58,376 nucleotides of DNA from Myxococcales bacterium (lineage in GTDB: Bacteria > Myxococcota_A > UBA9042 > UBA3505). The DNA is taken from contig CAUZEG010000004.1 in NCBI GenBank assembly GCA_963578775.1, positions 1 to 58,376 on the forward strand. Direction: 5' to 3'. The notes beneath the pieces were generated by a model. The model searched no databases. It saw only the letters and a program-made list of their open reading frames with translations, and was not told the DNA's origin. Shown one piece after another: positions 20,490 to 29,935 of the stretch. The translations under genes were made by a program, and so were the position numbers. Each line of letters begins with the position of its first letter. Within the stretch, counting starts at the first letter, position 1.

Positions 20490-21842
20490 CTAGAACTCAT
20501 CCTTGCAGCAGAGAACGCCTCCCTGCGAGGTGTCCGTCTTGACCACGTAGTTGGCCTCCTGGGTGGTGTTGGTTCCACAATCCCATACATCGGGATGGTC
20601 CACACCGAGAAATACATTCCAGTAGTCCAGGGGGTCACACCAGCCGCAACCACCGGAGTTGGGAGTACAACTTACCTCGGTCTCCTCCGCATTCCAGGAG
20701 CAGGCACAGTTCGTGGTGGGCTTGTTCTTCAAGGACTTACACCGGTCGTGGGAACCCAGCGTCAATGGCGCGCAGGTCTCCTGGGTCGCAGGACAGCCCA
20801 GATCACCACAGCCAAAGAGGTCATTAGAGCTGGTCGGGTCTCCAATCGTGTCCGGGGCGCAGTTGAACGCGCCTGTAGATGAAATCCGGGCCAGGAAGAA
20901 GGCCGGGCTCTGTGCACCGTCCATGATTCCAGTACAGCCCCCTTCGTTTCGGATCTGGACGTCGTCCTTTCCTAGACAGACATGCCAACCCACACCACAT
21001 AGATCTTCTACATTGCAGCCCGCACCAGCGGCATTTTCACCCGTATTTCCCGCCTGTCGGTCGCAGGCTGGTTCCGGCCCGTCAGGGCCCGTATGGTGTA
21101 TTCCTGGAACATCCCAGGCCCCGCCACAAGCGGCCAGGAAGGGGAAGCCGCCCACGTCTAGAAAGCCCTCGCGAGTCCCATCGGAACAACCGGTTGCATC
21201 GGCCTGGGGCGGCGGATCCTCGCATAGGCCATCCGGCGTACAGGACTGACCATCGTCACAGCTTCCGCAAAGATTCAGGCAGCCGTCGGTGCCGCAGTCC
21301 TTGTTTTCACAATCTGGGATACAACATAGGCCCGTGACACAGACACCGCCATCACCACAGGCTGTACTGTCGAATACAGGAACCGAGATACATCCCTCGG
21401 TAGCATCACAGACCATATTGGTGCATTCCCCACCGTCACCGCAGGTATCCACAATACATACGCCCTCACAGCCATCATCGTCGCCGCAGAGTTTCCCTTC
21501 GCAATCGGGAATACAGCCTGGATCTTCGGCCGTACCTGGATCGTCCGTCTGCCCCGGATCCTCGGTCTGACCTGGATCGTCCGTCTGGCCTGGATCTTCG
21601 GTCTGGCCTGGATCTTCGGTCTGACCTGGATCTTCGGTCTGGCCCGGGTCTTCCGTCTGGCCCGGGTCTTCCGTCTGGCCCGGATCGTCCGTCTGGCCCG
21701 GATCTTCGGTCTGGCCCGGATCGTCCGTCTGGCCCGGATCGTCCGTCTGACCCGTGTCGGTACCGGTGCCGGAATCCGACGATCCGCAACCCATGCACAA
21801 GAAAATAATAGCGCAGAAAACGACTAGAACACGTCGACCCAT
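20490..21842 (-). CDS. Cys-rich lipoprotein with a (DPGQT[DE])n linker and an unknown C-terminal domain
   Basis: ATG at 21842 is preceded by GGAGGA. The leader is MGRRVLVVFCAIIFLCMGCGSS (lipobox). After it come 12-13 hexapeptide repeats, then two copies of the CxPDCxxKxCGxDGC-type 8-Cys unit, then a ~240-aa Cys-containing domain that I cannot name. Confidence 0.75.
   Translation of the reverse strand: MGRRVLVVFCAIIFLCMGCGSSDSGTGTDTGQTDDPGQTDDPGQTEDPGQTDDPGQTEDPGQTEDPGQTEDPGQTEDPGQTEDPGQTDDPGQTEDPGQTDDPGTAEDPGCIPDCEGKLCGDDDGCEGVCIVDTCGDGGECTNMVCDATEGCISVPVFDSTACGDGGVCVTGLCCIPDCENKDCGTDGCLNLCGSCDDGQSCTPDGLCEDPPPQADATGCSDGTREGFLDVGGFPFLAACGGAWDVPGIHHTGPDGPEPACDRQAGNTGENAAGAGCNVEDLCGVGWHVCLGKDDVQIRNEGGCTGIMDGAQSPAFFLARISSTGAFNCAPDTIGDPTSSNDLFGCGDLGCPATQETCAPLTLGSHDRCKSLKNKPTTNCACSWNAEETEVSCTPNSGGCGWCDPLDYWNVFLGVDHPDVWDCGTNTTQEANYVVKTDTSQGGVLCCKDEF
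21519..21752 (-). repeat. 13 tandem 18-nt in-frame units encoding G-Q-T-[DE]-D-P
   Basis: Read directly from the sequence (ggatcttcggtctggcct / ggatcgtccgtctggccc variants on the + strand). The protein reads GQTDDP GQTDDP GQTEDP .. GTAEDP. Confidence 0.95.
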
Positions 21843-21919
21843 ACCATCCTCCAGATACAACCTTATGTATCATACGAAGGGATTAGAGTTCGGGCAAACG
21901 ATTCCCCGGTCTGAAGACA

Positions 21920-23626
21920 TTATTCTTCGTCGAGCTGTGGCGCCTCGCCGGTACAATGGTCGAGAAGATCGGAACCGGGAAGCTGCTGGGTCCGAGATTC
22001 AATTTCCGCGCGAGCCGCCGTAAAGGCCTCCACAGCATCCGACGGCAGGGCCGGATCCATCGTCTCCGTAAACTGCGTAGGCGGATCATCCGACGTAAGG
22101 ATCTGAAGATTGTGCTCGACTTCGGTATCGCCCACCTTGGTGACCAATACCAGAGCACAGTCCGTCTCGCCGGTCTCGAGATCCTGGGCGAGGATTTTGA
22201 AGTTCTTCAGGCTGACACGATCTGTGAGGTTTGTACCCGGAACGAATAGGTCTTCAATATCCACGTCTTCAATCTGCTCCGCTTGCTCCAGATTGGCTTC
22301 TTCCGCCTTTTCCGCTTCGGTCTTATGCTCCTTGATTACCGCGTTGGGCAACCATGTAGACAAGGGGCGCACGTAGGTGATCGTCAAGACGGAAATCAAC
22401 ATGATGAACAGGAACGGCAGCACCGATTTGGCCACCGTCAGGATAGGACGACGGAAGTGCAAGCCGGAAATGAATAGATTCATGCCCACCGGCGGAGTGA
22501 TATAGCCAAGCTCCAGATTGGCCAGGAAAATTACCGCCAGATGGAGTGGATCGATCAGCGGATCGGCCCCCATGCTCAAAGGAACGAGCAGAGGTAGCAC
22601 GCAGGCCAGGGCCGAGAAGATATCCATCAGGCAGCCCACCAGCAGCAGGAGGAGATTGAGGCCCACCAGCAGCAGGATCTGGCTGTGCACATTCTCGCGC
22701 AACCAGCCCACCAACTTGTCCGGCACCTGATCCTGGGTCATGACCTGATTCGAGGCATTTACTGCGATCAGGATCATAACAATGGCCCCCGCCACCGCGG
22801 CGGCCTCGTAGACGATCTTCGGCAGATCACGGAAGGGGTGAATATCGCGATAGATGATGACCTCGACCACAAAGAGATACGACGCCGTGAGCAAGGCAAT
22901 ATCATTAAAGCCGAAGTTTCCACTCAGCACAGCGTAGAGGAGCCATAGGGGCAAAGTCGCCTCGAAGATGGCACCCCGGAACGCGTCGAAGACCTCTTTG
23001 AAGGTGAAGCGCGTGCGCACAATCTTATGCTTGCGACCAACCCAATAGGCATACATCGTCACCAGGCCCACCATCAGCATGCCGGGCAAGAGGGCAGCCA
23101 GGAATAACTTTTCGGGCGTTACCGCCGTCTGCTCGTTCACCAGAAAGATGGTCGAACAATAGAACACCGGCAAACTGGGAAAGAATAATAGTCCGATACT
23201 ACCGGACGCGGTGATAACCCCCAGGCTGAAGTCCTTGGGATAGCCACGGCTAAGCAATAAGGGCAACAACAGACCACCCAGAGCGATGATCGTGATACCC
23301 GAGGCCCCGGTAAAGGTAGTAAAAAAGGCCAGGGTCATAATGGTGACAATGGCCAGGCCACCATGCAACCAACCAAGAACCGCTTCCGCCAGGCGAACAA
23401 TGCGTTTCGGCGCCTTGCTCTGGGCCAGCAGGAAACCTGCCACGGTAAATAAGAGGATTGCCGCCACCGCCTCGCCATGGGCGCCGTGGGTCAACTGCCG
23501 GATACCGATAATAATATTTTCCGGTTGCAGTCCGGAGCCAGGGAAGGAAACCAGGGCATATAAGGTGATGCCAATGAAAAGCGGCCCACCCAATAAGATG
23601 AAGGCGACGACTCCGACATACGCCAT
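21920..23626 (-). CDS. TRAP transporter large permease (DctM-like) with a ~130-aa acidic C-terminal extension
   Basis: 568 aa. The first ~435 aa are polytopic with the typical DctM look (MAYVGVVAFILLGGPLFIGITLYAL.., ..LGYITPPVGMNLFISG). The tail KEHKTEAEKAEEANLEQAEQIEDVDIEDL.. is soluble and acidic. The start overlaps the dctQ-like stop (TAATG). Confidence 0.85.
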   Translation of the reverse strand: MAYVGVVAFILLGGPLFIGITLYALVSFPGSGLQPENIIIGIRQLTHGAHGEAVAAILLFTVAGFLLAQSKAPKRIVRLAEAVLGWLHGGLAIVTIMTLAFFTTFTGASGITIIALGGLLLPLLLSRGYPKDFSLGVITASGSIGLLFFPSLPVFYCSTIFLVNEQTAVTPEKLFLAALLPGMLMVGLVTMYAYWVGRKHKIVRTRFTFKEVFDAFRGAIFEATLPLWLLYAVLSGNFGFNDIALLTASYLFVVEVIIYRDIHPFRDLPKIVYEAAAVAGAIVMILIAVNASNQVMTQDQVPDKLVGWLRENVHSQILLLVGLNLLLLLVGCLMDIFSALACVLPLLVPLSMGADPLIDPLHLAVIFLANLELGYITPPVGMNLFISGLHFRRPILTVAKSVLPFLFIMLISVLTITYVRPLSTWLPNAVIKEHKTEAEKAEEANLEQAEQIEDVDIEDLFVPGTNLTDRVSLKNFKILAQDLETGETDCALVLVTKVGDTEVEHNLQILTSDDPPTQFTETMDPALPSDAVEAFTAARAEIESRTQQLPGSDLLDHCTGEAPQLDEE

Positions 23627-24183
23627 TATGCGCCCTCTTCCCTGCTAACGGGATCAGAGTCCAGAACATCCAGATCCACATCACAGAGTTCGTCCGGCAC
23701 GGCCAGGCCCAGCTCTTCCGGAGTCTTCCCTTGCAGACGAATCACCGCGTTTACAGCAAAGTGAAAGGCCATCAGAGAAAAGAAGATCAGGGTCGCCAGG
23801 GTGATGGACCCTGGGATATCCGTCTTTGAAGCACCCTTATTGTGCATTGCCATGGCGATGTACGCGATTCGAATACATACATACACCGACACCACACTCA
23901 AAATCCCTTCCAGGCGTCTACGAAGGTGCTCCTTAATGTAGGGAGTGACAGCATCTACCGCGATATGACGGAATTTCCGGGTCGCGATGACCCCACCGAG
24001 CATGCATAAGAACACGGCGCAAAGCACCATGATATGGCGAGCATACATGGTCTGTGAGTGATCCGCCTTCTGACCATAGAGGTTGAAGAGTCCGGCACCC
24101 AGGATCACCAGGAATAGAACCAGCGCCGCCGTCTGCTCCAGCCGTCTAAGGACTTTGCCATAGAGCAGTTCAAAGGTCTTCAT
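23626..24183 (-). CDS. TRAP transporter small permease (DctQ-like)
   Basis: 185 aa with four hydrophobic helices. It sits between the binding-protein and large-permease genes with 2-nt and overlapping junctions. Confidence 0.7.
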   Translation of the reverse strand: MKTFELLYGKVLRRLEQTAALVLFLVILGAGLFNLYGQKADHSQTMYARHIMVLCAVFLCMLGGVIATRKFRHIAVDAVTPYIKEHLRRRLEGILSVVSVYVCIRIAYIAMAMHNKGASKTDIPGSITLATLIFFSLMAFHFAVNAVIRLQGKTPEELGLAVPDELCDVDLDVLDSDPVSREEGA

Positions 24184-24185
24184 GC

Positions 24186-25187
24186 CTACTTCCAGCCAGA
24201 GAGCTTACGGGCACGATTCAATGTCGCTTTCGAATAGACCGAACCGGCCAACGCGTTCTGTGCGTCCTTGAAGAGCTTTTTCCACTCGGCGATTTCGGCC
24301 GCCGTCAACGGTACGGTCTCGATCTTCGTCTTGAGGAGATTTAAGGTCTTTTTGTTCAGGCGACGGACTTTACGAATCAGCTTCTTCGCGGCCTTCGAAT
24401 GCTCCTCACGCACGATAGCCTGATGCGCAGGAGACAGACTCTCAAAGACCTTTTTCTTGATCACGATGGCTCCGACTGTAGCCCCCATCGGGAGCTCAGT
24501 ACGGTATTTCATCTTGGAACACCATTGCAGAGTATGACAGGCATAGGGCGACCCCAACAATGTGTTGATCCGGCCGGTATTCAGTGCCGGCAATACATCC
24601 GGAACGCCGACAGAGACACCGGACTTCTTGAGGATCTTGGCCATCTTGGGAACGATTGGATCGGAGCTCCAAAGCCATAGCTTCACACCACTATCTCGCA
24701 GATCCTGGGGGCTGCGAATCGGTCGAGTGGAATACACATTCAAGATGCCTACATCGGCCCAACCCAGAACGATGAACCCACTCTTTTCCATGGACTCTTC
24801 AAAGGTCGATTGCATGCCCTTGCGCACCCGGTCGAGCTTCGCCGTATTGGTAAGAAGGCCCGGCGCCTGCATGACGAGTACATCCTTTGAGATTTTGGAG
24901 AGCCCAACGGCCGTAATGGCTGCCGCCTGAAGGCTGCCGCTCTTCATCTTTGCCACGGCGATGTTCTCGTCGCCCTGGACACCACCAGGATAGATCTTGA
25001 TCACAACCTCACCATTGGTGCGATCCTTGATCTTCTTGGCGGCTCTCTTGAACGATTTTACCCAGGACGAGTTGGCTGGTGCCAACGTAGCCAAGCGAAT
25101 AACAGTCTTAGCGCTGGCAATAGAACCGCTGCCAAGTAACATGGCGATCACGGCAAAGGCGGATAGAAGTCTGGGCAGTCGTTTCAT
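24186..25187 (-). CDS. TRAP transporter substrate-binding protein (DctP-like)
   Basis: The internal ATG at 25187 gives MKRLPRLLSAFAVIAMLLGSGSIASA (signal peptide). The mature ~310 aa has the DctP-like pattern (IRLATLAPANSSW.., KIYPGGVQGDE). Confidence 0.85.
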   Translation of the reverse strand: MKRLPRLLSAFAVIAMLLGSGSIASAKTVIRLATLAPANSSWVKSFKRAAKKIKDRTNGEVVIKIYPGGVQGDENIAVAKMKSGSLQAAAITAVGLSKISKDVLVMQAPGLLTNTAKLDRVRKGMQSTFEESMEKSGFIVLGWADVGILNVYSTRPIRSPQDLRDSGVKLWLWSSDPIVPKMAKILKKSGVSVGVPDVLPALNTGRINTLLGSPYACHTLQWCSKMKYRTELPMGATVGAIVIKKKVFESLSPAHQAIVREEHSKAAKKLIRKVRRLNKKTLNLLKTKIETVPLTAAEIAEWKKLFKDAQNALAGSVYSKATLNRARKLSGWK

Positions 25188-25276
25188 AATTTCTCTCCAG
25201 GGTGCATTTTCATTCGGCCAACAGGCCACAATCGAGCTAATGCGTCGAGGTGTTGGTTTATTTCAGATGCAAGCGG

Positions 25277-26236
25277 TTATTCGTCCTCGTCGATGTCAGC
25301 GGGGATATCTTCCGGCTCAAAGAACTCGTCGCCCTGCTTGATCCAGTACCGGGACCAATCCTGAGCCAGAACATTCGTGAGCTGCTTTCCGTCCGGCTCC
25401 GCTGTGCTCCCGTTGATAACGGCCTTCATATTGTCGAAATAGCACTTGGCGTCGCCGATGGCCGTGCAATACCAACGGGCATACATATAACGAACCATCA
25501 GATAGCCCGGGTTCAACTTCATGGCACGCTGGAAACGCTCATTTGCTTCTTTCAGAGCGGCTTCGCCCGCAAAGCCCTTACCTTTCTTACAAGCACTTGT
25601 CGCCAGGACAAGAATAGCACCACCGGCGTCATAATCGGGCCAGGCGGCCTCGACACGGGTCATAATCATTTCCACCTGTTGAAGACCACCGATCCACTCA
25701 ACATCGTCCGTATCAAAGCCAATGCGCTGCGCCCAGGTGTACGCCACCCAATACAACGCTTCGAGTTTCTTACGGTTTTTCACTTTCGGAAGCATCTCGG
25801 CCAGAACATTCGGCTCATCGAGGGCCGCGGCCAGTTTCCCATCTACGCGTCTCAGGTACTCCCGTGCATATTTATGGGCACGACTAAGGTAATCCTTCGC
25901 CTTTCGTTTGGTGTAGTAGACCTCGTCGGTGTCATCGAACTCGTGGCCCCATAACTCCGGGACAACAAAGCCATAGGCATAGGAGACAAAGCCCTGGGCT
26001 GCCATGAGCCGAAGCTTGGCATTCCATGGAGCCAATACCATCAACCCTTCATATTGCTTCAGGGCGTACGGCAGTGCACGCTTGGCGATATCCGGATCCG
26101 ATTCTCGCTTCGTGGCGATTCCAGCTTTCTGGGTACCGTCGATCTGCTTATTGAGCATGATCTTCGTAATGCTGCACCCAGAACCCAAAATGGCGACCAT
26201 CAAGACGAATCCAAGACACTTGCGGATGCTATTCAT
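25277..26236 (-). CDS. TatT-like TPR lipoprotein associated with TRAP transporters
   Basis: ATG at 26236 gives MNSIRKCLGFVLMVAILGSGCS (lipobox). The helical-repeat protein with ..ALPYALKQYEGLMVLAPWNAKLRLMAAQGFVSYAYGFV.. resembles the TatT family. It lies directly upstream of the dctP/Q/M-like genes. Confidence 0.65.
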   Translation of the reverse strand: MNSIRKCLGFVLMVAILGSGCSITKIMLNKQIDGTQKAGIATKRESDPDIAKRALPYALKQYEGLMVLAPWNAKLRLMAAQGFVSYAYGFVVPELWGHEFDDTDEVYYTKRKAKDYLSRAHKYAREYLRRVDGKLAAALDEPNVLAEMLPKVKNRKKLEALYWVAYTWAQRIGFDTDDVEWIGGLQQVEMIMTRVEAAWPDYDAGGAILVLATSACKKGKGFAGEAALKEANERFQRAMKLNPGYLMVRYMYARWYCTAIGDAKCYFDNMKAVINGSTAEPDGKQLTNVLAQDWSRYWIKQGDEFFEPEDIPADIDEDE

Positions 26237-26383
26237 TCCGAACTCCAACGAAAGAGGGGCGTTTCTTTTAACACGTCTGACAACAACAGCAACGGGAAAA
26301 GCCCAACGGCCTGAAATTTGGGCTTCATAGTCAACGTTGCGAAACGCGACCGAACAAGGCATCATGAATTTCGAGAGGCTGCT

Positions 26384-26833
26384 ATGAACAAGATTTTCGT
26401 GGGTCCTATACTTCTTTTAATCGCTGTACTCCTGTCCAGTTGCACGATTCCAGGCGACCCGCTTTTCGACCAGAAGGACATCCAGGAAATCAACGAGGAC
26501 GAGCCTATTGATTTCGCCACACAGGTCATGCCCATCTTCGAAAGTTCCTGCCTTAACTGTCATGGCAGCTTTGCTCTGGGCGGGCTCTCTCTCGAGTCCT
26601 TTAACGACCTGATCGTAGGAGGCGACAACGTTGCGGCCGGCACAGCAACCATGGTTGTCCCCTGTGACCCCGACTCGAGTTTCCTCTACGACAAAGTCGT
26701 TACCGACACTCCCTCGGCGGGTAGCCGTATGCCGCAGGGCGGCAAACTGGCCGACGTAGAAATAGAGATCATTCGGCTGTGGATTGAGCAGGGAGCAAGC
26801 GAAACACCCGACTCCTCCCTCTGTGGGAATTAA
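26384..26833 (+). CDS. Small lipoprotein carrying a single PSCyt1-like (planctomycete-type) c-type cytochrome domain
   Basis: ATG at 26384 gives MNKIFVGPILLLIAVLLSSC (lipobox). It has one CxxCH motif (CLNCHG) in the context VMPIFESSCLNCHGSFALGGLSLES..GG..VVP.DPDSS.L..V......MP.GG.L...E...I..WI.QGA. Confidence 0.65.
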   Translation: MNKIFVGPILLLIAVLLSSCTIPGDPLFDQKDIQEINEDEPIDFATQVMPIFESSCLNCHGSFALGGLSLESFNDLIVGGDNVAAGTATMVVPCDPDSSFLYDKVVTDTPSAGSRMPQGGKLADVEIEIIRLWIEQGASETPDSSLCGN

Positions 26834-26839
26834 CCCGGC

Positions 26840-29347
26840 GTGAAAGCCAGCGCTAATTCCATGCTCCGAGCAATTCACTCCCAACGATACCGGATCGTCG
26901 CGTTCGGGATCACAGTACTCTTTGCAGTGGCTTGCAATAAGGGAGCGGCATCCGATCCCGAGCCCGCTTCGGAGGCTCAGCCCAACCCGGTATCGCAAGC
27001 CGCCCCGAGCACGCAACCCCAGAAAGAGAAACCCAAAACCGCAACCCCGGCCAAGGCAGCCCCCCAACCAGTAGCCCAGGCCTCGCCCCAGAAAACCGCC
27101 GTACAAGCGCCCAACAACACTGCGAAGTACGCATCTATAGTACTGCCCGGGGCCGAGACTCTGTCAGGCGCGCTGGTAAAACGACTCCAGGATGGACGAA
27201 AAACTGCACCTGAGACCTCCCTACATCATACGAAGAACTTCGCCCAAGATGGGAATCCGAAATATATAAACCGACTTATCCTGGAGACCAGCCCGTACCT
27301 ACTTCAGCACTGTTACAACCCGGTTAATTGGTACCCGTTCGGACCCGAGGCCCTGGCAAAGGCGAAAGAGAAGAATCGCCTCATCTTCTTATCCGTTGGC
27401 TACACCACCTGCCATTGGTGCCATGTCATGTCTCGCGAAAGCTTTGATGACCCCATAGTTGCCAAATACCTCAATGAAAACTTCGTTTCGATCAAGGTCG
27501 ATCGTGAGGAACGACCAGATGTCGACCGGGTTTATATGAGCGTGGTCCAGATGCTTACTGGGAACGGTGGGTGGCCTATGACCGTCATCCTTACTCCCGA
27601 TCTGAAACCCCTTTTTGGCGGAACCTATTTCCCCCCCACGGATCGGGGACGTCGACGAGGATTCATGAGTATCCTGAAGGAGGTCTCCAATACCTGGTCA
27701 ACCGATCCAGATAGTGCACGGCAGAAGGCCAACCAGACGGCTCAGAAACTCTCGAATCGGGCACGAACAGGGCTCCCCTCCAACATTCCCGGTAAAGACG
27801 CCACGGCCAAGACTGCCGACTATTTCCAGCAACGGCATGACGCCCAGTTCGGTGGATTTGGTCGCGCCCCCAAATTTCCCAGGCCATCGACTCTCTTCTT
27901 TCTTTTGCGACACAGTAGTCGCCAGCCGCGCAAAGAGCTGAAGGACGCGATCGTCCGAACCCTGGATGCCATGGCGACCGGCGGCATGCACGATCATGCG
28001 GGAGGCGGTTTCCATCGATATTCGGTGGATCCCCATTGGCGTGTCCCCCACTTTGAGAAGATGCTCTACGACAACGCCCAGCTGGCCTGGCTCTATCTGG
28101 AAGCCTCGGTGGCTTTCGCTATGCCCCAATACGCAGAGATTGCCCACCGGACCTATCGCTATCTTCTCCGGGATTGCCAGGCCCCCGATGGAGGCTTTGT
28201 CTCGGGAACCGATGCGGATAGCCTTCCATTAAGCGGAAAAGGACATCCTGAAGAGGGGTTGTTCTTTACCTGGACCCCCTCCGAATTAACCACGGTTCTG
28301 GGAACGGACATTGGACCGAGATTCACAAAGACCTTTCGGGTAACACGCCGTGGAAACTTTGAGGCCGGTCGCTCTATTCTTTATCTGGACGGTCCCTGGG
28401 AATCCGATCCTCGCAAATCCCTGGCGGCCGCGCGCAGCTTTGACTCCCAACTGGAACAGCTCCGAGTTTCTCGGCAGGTACGACCACCACCCGAAACCGA
28501 TGGCAAACGGGTCACAGCCTGGAACGCTCTGGTGATTTCGGCCCTGGCTCGGGGTAGCTGGCTGGCAAATAAACCGGAGTATTTGCGGGTCGCGCAAAGG
28601 ACAGCCGACTGGCTCCTGCAGCACGTCTGGGTAGCGAACGGCTCCAAGGGGAAGCGCCTGTATCGAACCTATCACCGGAACCGAACGGGTAGCCTGGCGG
28701 TTCTATCCGATTACTCGTTCTTAATTCAGGCCATGCTCGACCTCTTCGAAGCCGATGGAAATACCCGCTGGCTTACTGCAGCCCGACTTTTACAGGAAGA
28801 ACAGGATATTCGCTTCCTCGATGAATCCTGGGGCGGCTATTTTCACATTCCAGAAGAGGCTGGTCTCCTCGTACGACGTACCCACGATTACGACGGCGCA
28901 GAACCCTCCGGCAATTCCGTAACTGCATGGAACCTGCTTCGCCTGGCCAGCTTCGTTCCCGAATCGAATTACGAGAATGCGCTGGTCCGTTTGTTCCGGG
29001 CCTTTGGTCAACGCCTCCGACGCGCGGGCCCGGGTATCCCGTATATGGTCGACGCCCTCGCCGCCTACCAGGTGGGGCTACGTCAGCTCGTAATCGTAGC
29101 ACCCGACCGAGCCCCCCAGACGGGTAACCGGCTTCTGAAAATTCTACAGTCCGAATATGTACCGGACGTCATCCATGTCAGTATCGCCGAAGGGACGCAA
29201 CAGGACGATGTCGCCCAACAGCTCGAATGGGTCAGCGGTAAGCCCGCCATCAAAGGAAAGGCCACGGCCTATTTGTGTCGGAATAATACTTGCAAACGCC
29301 CCACATCCAAGCCGGCCGTACTACGAAAGCAACTACGCCAACCATGA
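26840..29347 (+). CDS. Thioredoxin-domain protein of the DUF255/YyaL type (thioredoxin-like N-domain plus alpha/alpha-toroid), with a lipoprotein leader and a P/Q/A-rich linker
   Basis: The start is GTG 26840 or ATG 26861. The leader [17 protein letters not shown] is a lipobox. The signature block is [65 protein letters not shown]. Confidence 0.8.
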   Translation: MKASANSMLRAIHSQRYRIVAFGITVLFAVACNKGAASDPEPASEAQPNPVSQAAPSTQPQKEKPKTATPAKAAPQPVAQASPQKTAVQAPNNTAKYASIVLPGAETLSGALVKRLQDGRKTAPETSLHHTKNFAQDGNPKYINRLILETSPYLLQHCYNPVNWYPFGPEALAKAKEKNRLIFLSVGYTTCHWCHVMSRESFDDPIVAKYLNENFVSIKVDREERPDVDRVYMSVVQMLTGNGGWPMTVILTPDLKPLFGGTYFPPTDRGRRRGFMSILKEVSNTWSTDPDSARQKANQTAQKLSNRARTGLPSNIPGKDATAKTADYFQQRHDAQFGGFGRAPKFPRPSTLFFLLRHSSRQPRKELKDAIVRTLDAMATGGMHDHAGGGFHRYSVDPHWRVPHFEKMLYDNAQLAWLYLEASVAFAMPQYAEIAHRTYRYLLRDCQAPDGGFVSGTDADSLPLSGKGHPEEGLFFTWTPSELTTVLGTDIGPRFTKTFRVTRRGNFEAGRSILYLDGPWESDPRKSLAAARSFDSQLEQLRVSRQVRPPPETDGKRVTAWNALVISALARGSWLANKPEYLRVAQRTADWLLQHVWVANGSKGKRLYRTYHRNRTGSLAVLSDYSFLIQAMLDLFEADGNTRWLTAARLLQEEQDIRFLDESWGGYFHIPEEAGLLVRRTHDYDGAEPSGNSVTAWNLLRLASFVPESNYENALVRLFRAFGQRLRRAGPGIPYMVDALAAYQVGLRQLVIVAPDRAPQTGNRLLKILQSEYVPDVIHVSIAEGTQQDDVAQQLEWVSGKPAIKGKATAYLCRNNTCKRPTSKPAVLRKQLRQP

Positions 29348-29431
29348 GGGGACAAGATCCTGATTCCCACTTTACCTGACGGTGGTTTCCGTGGTAGCAG
29401 TCGAGACCAGTAACGCGTCAACGAGGAAACC

Positions 29432-29917
29432 ATGGCTGACATACCCGAGTCCGGGAACGAAAACGGCAGCGACGAAACGACGGCCACTGAAACCGCTTCG
29501 GAAACTCCGGAAGCCCCGGTTCCAGCACCGGTAGCCGAGCCTGTTGAAGATCCAGGCCCATCGGCCGAAGAACTCGAGGCACTCTACACGGACGCCTCAG
29601 AACTCTACGGCAGCCTATGGAAAATCTCCCGTGGTAAAGCACCGGGATCGATTGAAATTGTCGACCAGACCAAGGGATTAATAATGAAAATCCAGGATGC
29701 TCTGCTCGCATCCTTGGACGATTCCGAACAATTCCGCCGCATCTGGAAATCGGAACAAGGCTGTCTCTCGGACGCCCTGAAACTCAAGGAGAATGAGGTG
29801 TTGCTGCGCAATCTGGCCGACGTGCAAGATGACCTTATTCGAACCCTTGGGTTTATGGACGAAGCCTTCCAGCAAGCCATCGACAACAATAATATCGTAG
29901 CTCTTTTGGAAACATAA
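29432..29917 (+). CDS. Hypothetical acidic cytoplasmic protein (161 aa)
   Basis: Clean ORF with an E/T/P-rich N-terminus followed by predicted helices. I recognise no motif. Confidence 0.5.
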   Translation: MADIPESGNENGSDETTATETASETPEAPVPAPVAEPVEDPGPSAEELEALYTDASELYGSLWKISRGKAPGSIEIVDQTKGLIMKIQDALLASLDDSEQFRRIWKSEQGCLSDALKLKENEVLLRNLADVQDDLIRTLGFMDEAFQQAIDNNNIVALLET

Positions 29918-29935
29918 AGACCGGCGACGGAAATC

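Noticed and set aside
21519-21752. Considered whether the regular 18-nt repeats here and at 55025-55258 could be a CRISPR array.
   Set aside because: The units are directly abutting with no spacers and are only 18 nt long. They are in frame within long ORFs and encode sensible acidic linkers. There are no cas genes in the window.
26417-27106. 229-codon minus-strand ORF, Gly/Arg/Leu-rich, across the PSCyt1-like gene and the start of the DUF255 gene.
   Set aside because: It is antisense to two genes with clear motifs (CLNCHG; the P/Q/A linker read backwards gives the G/L/R-rich repeats).
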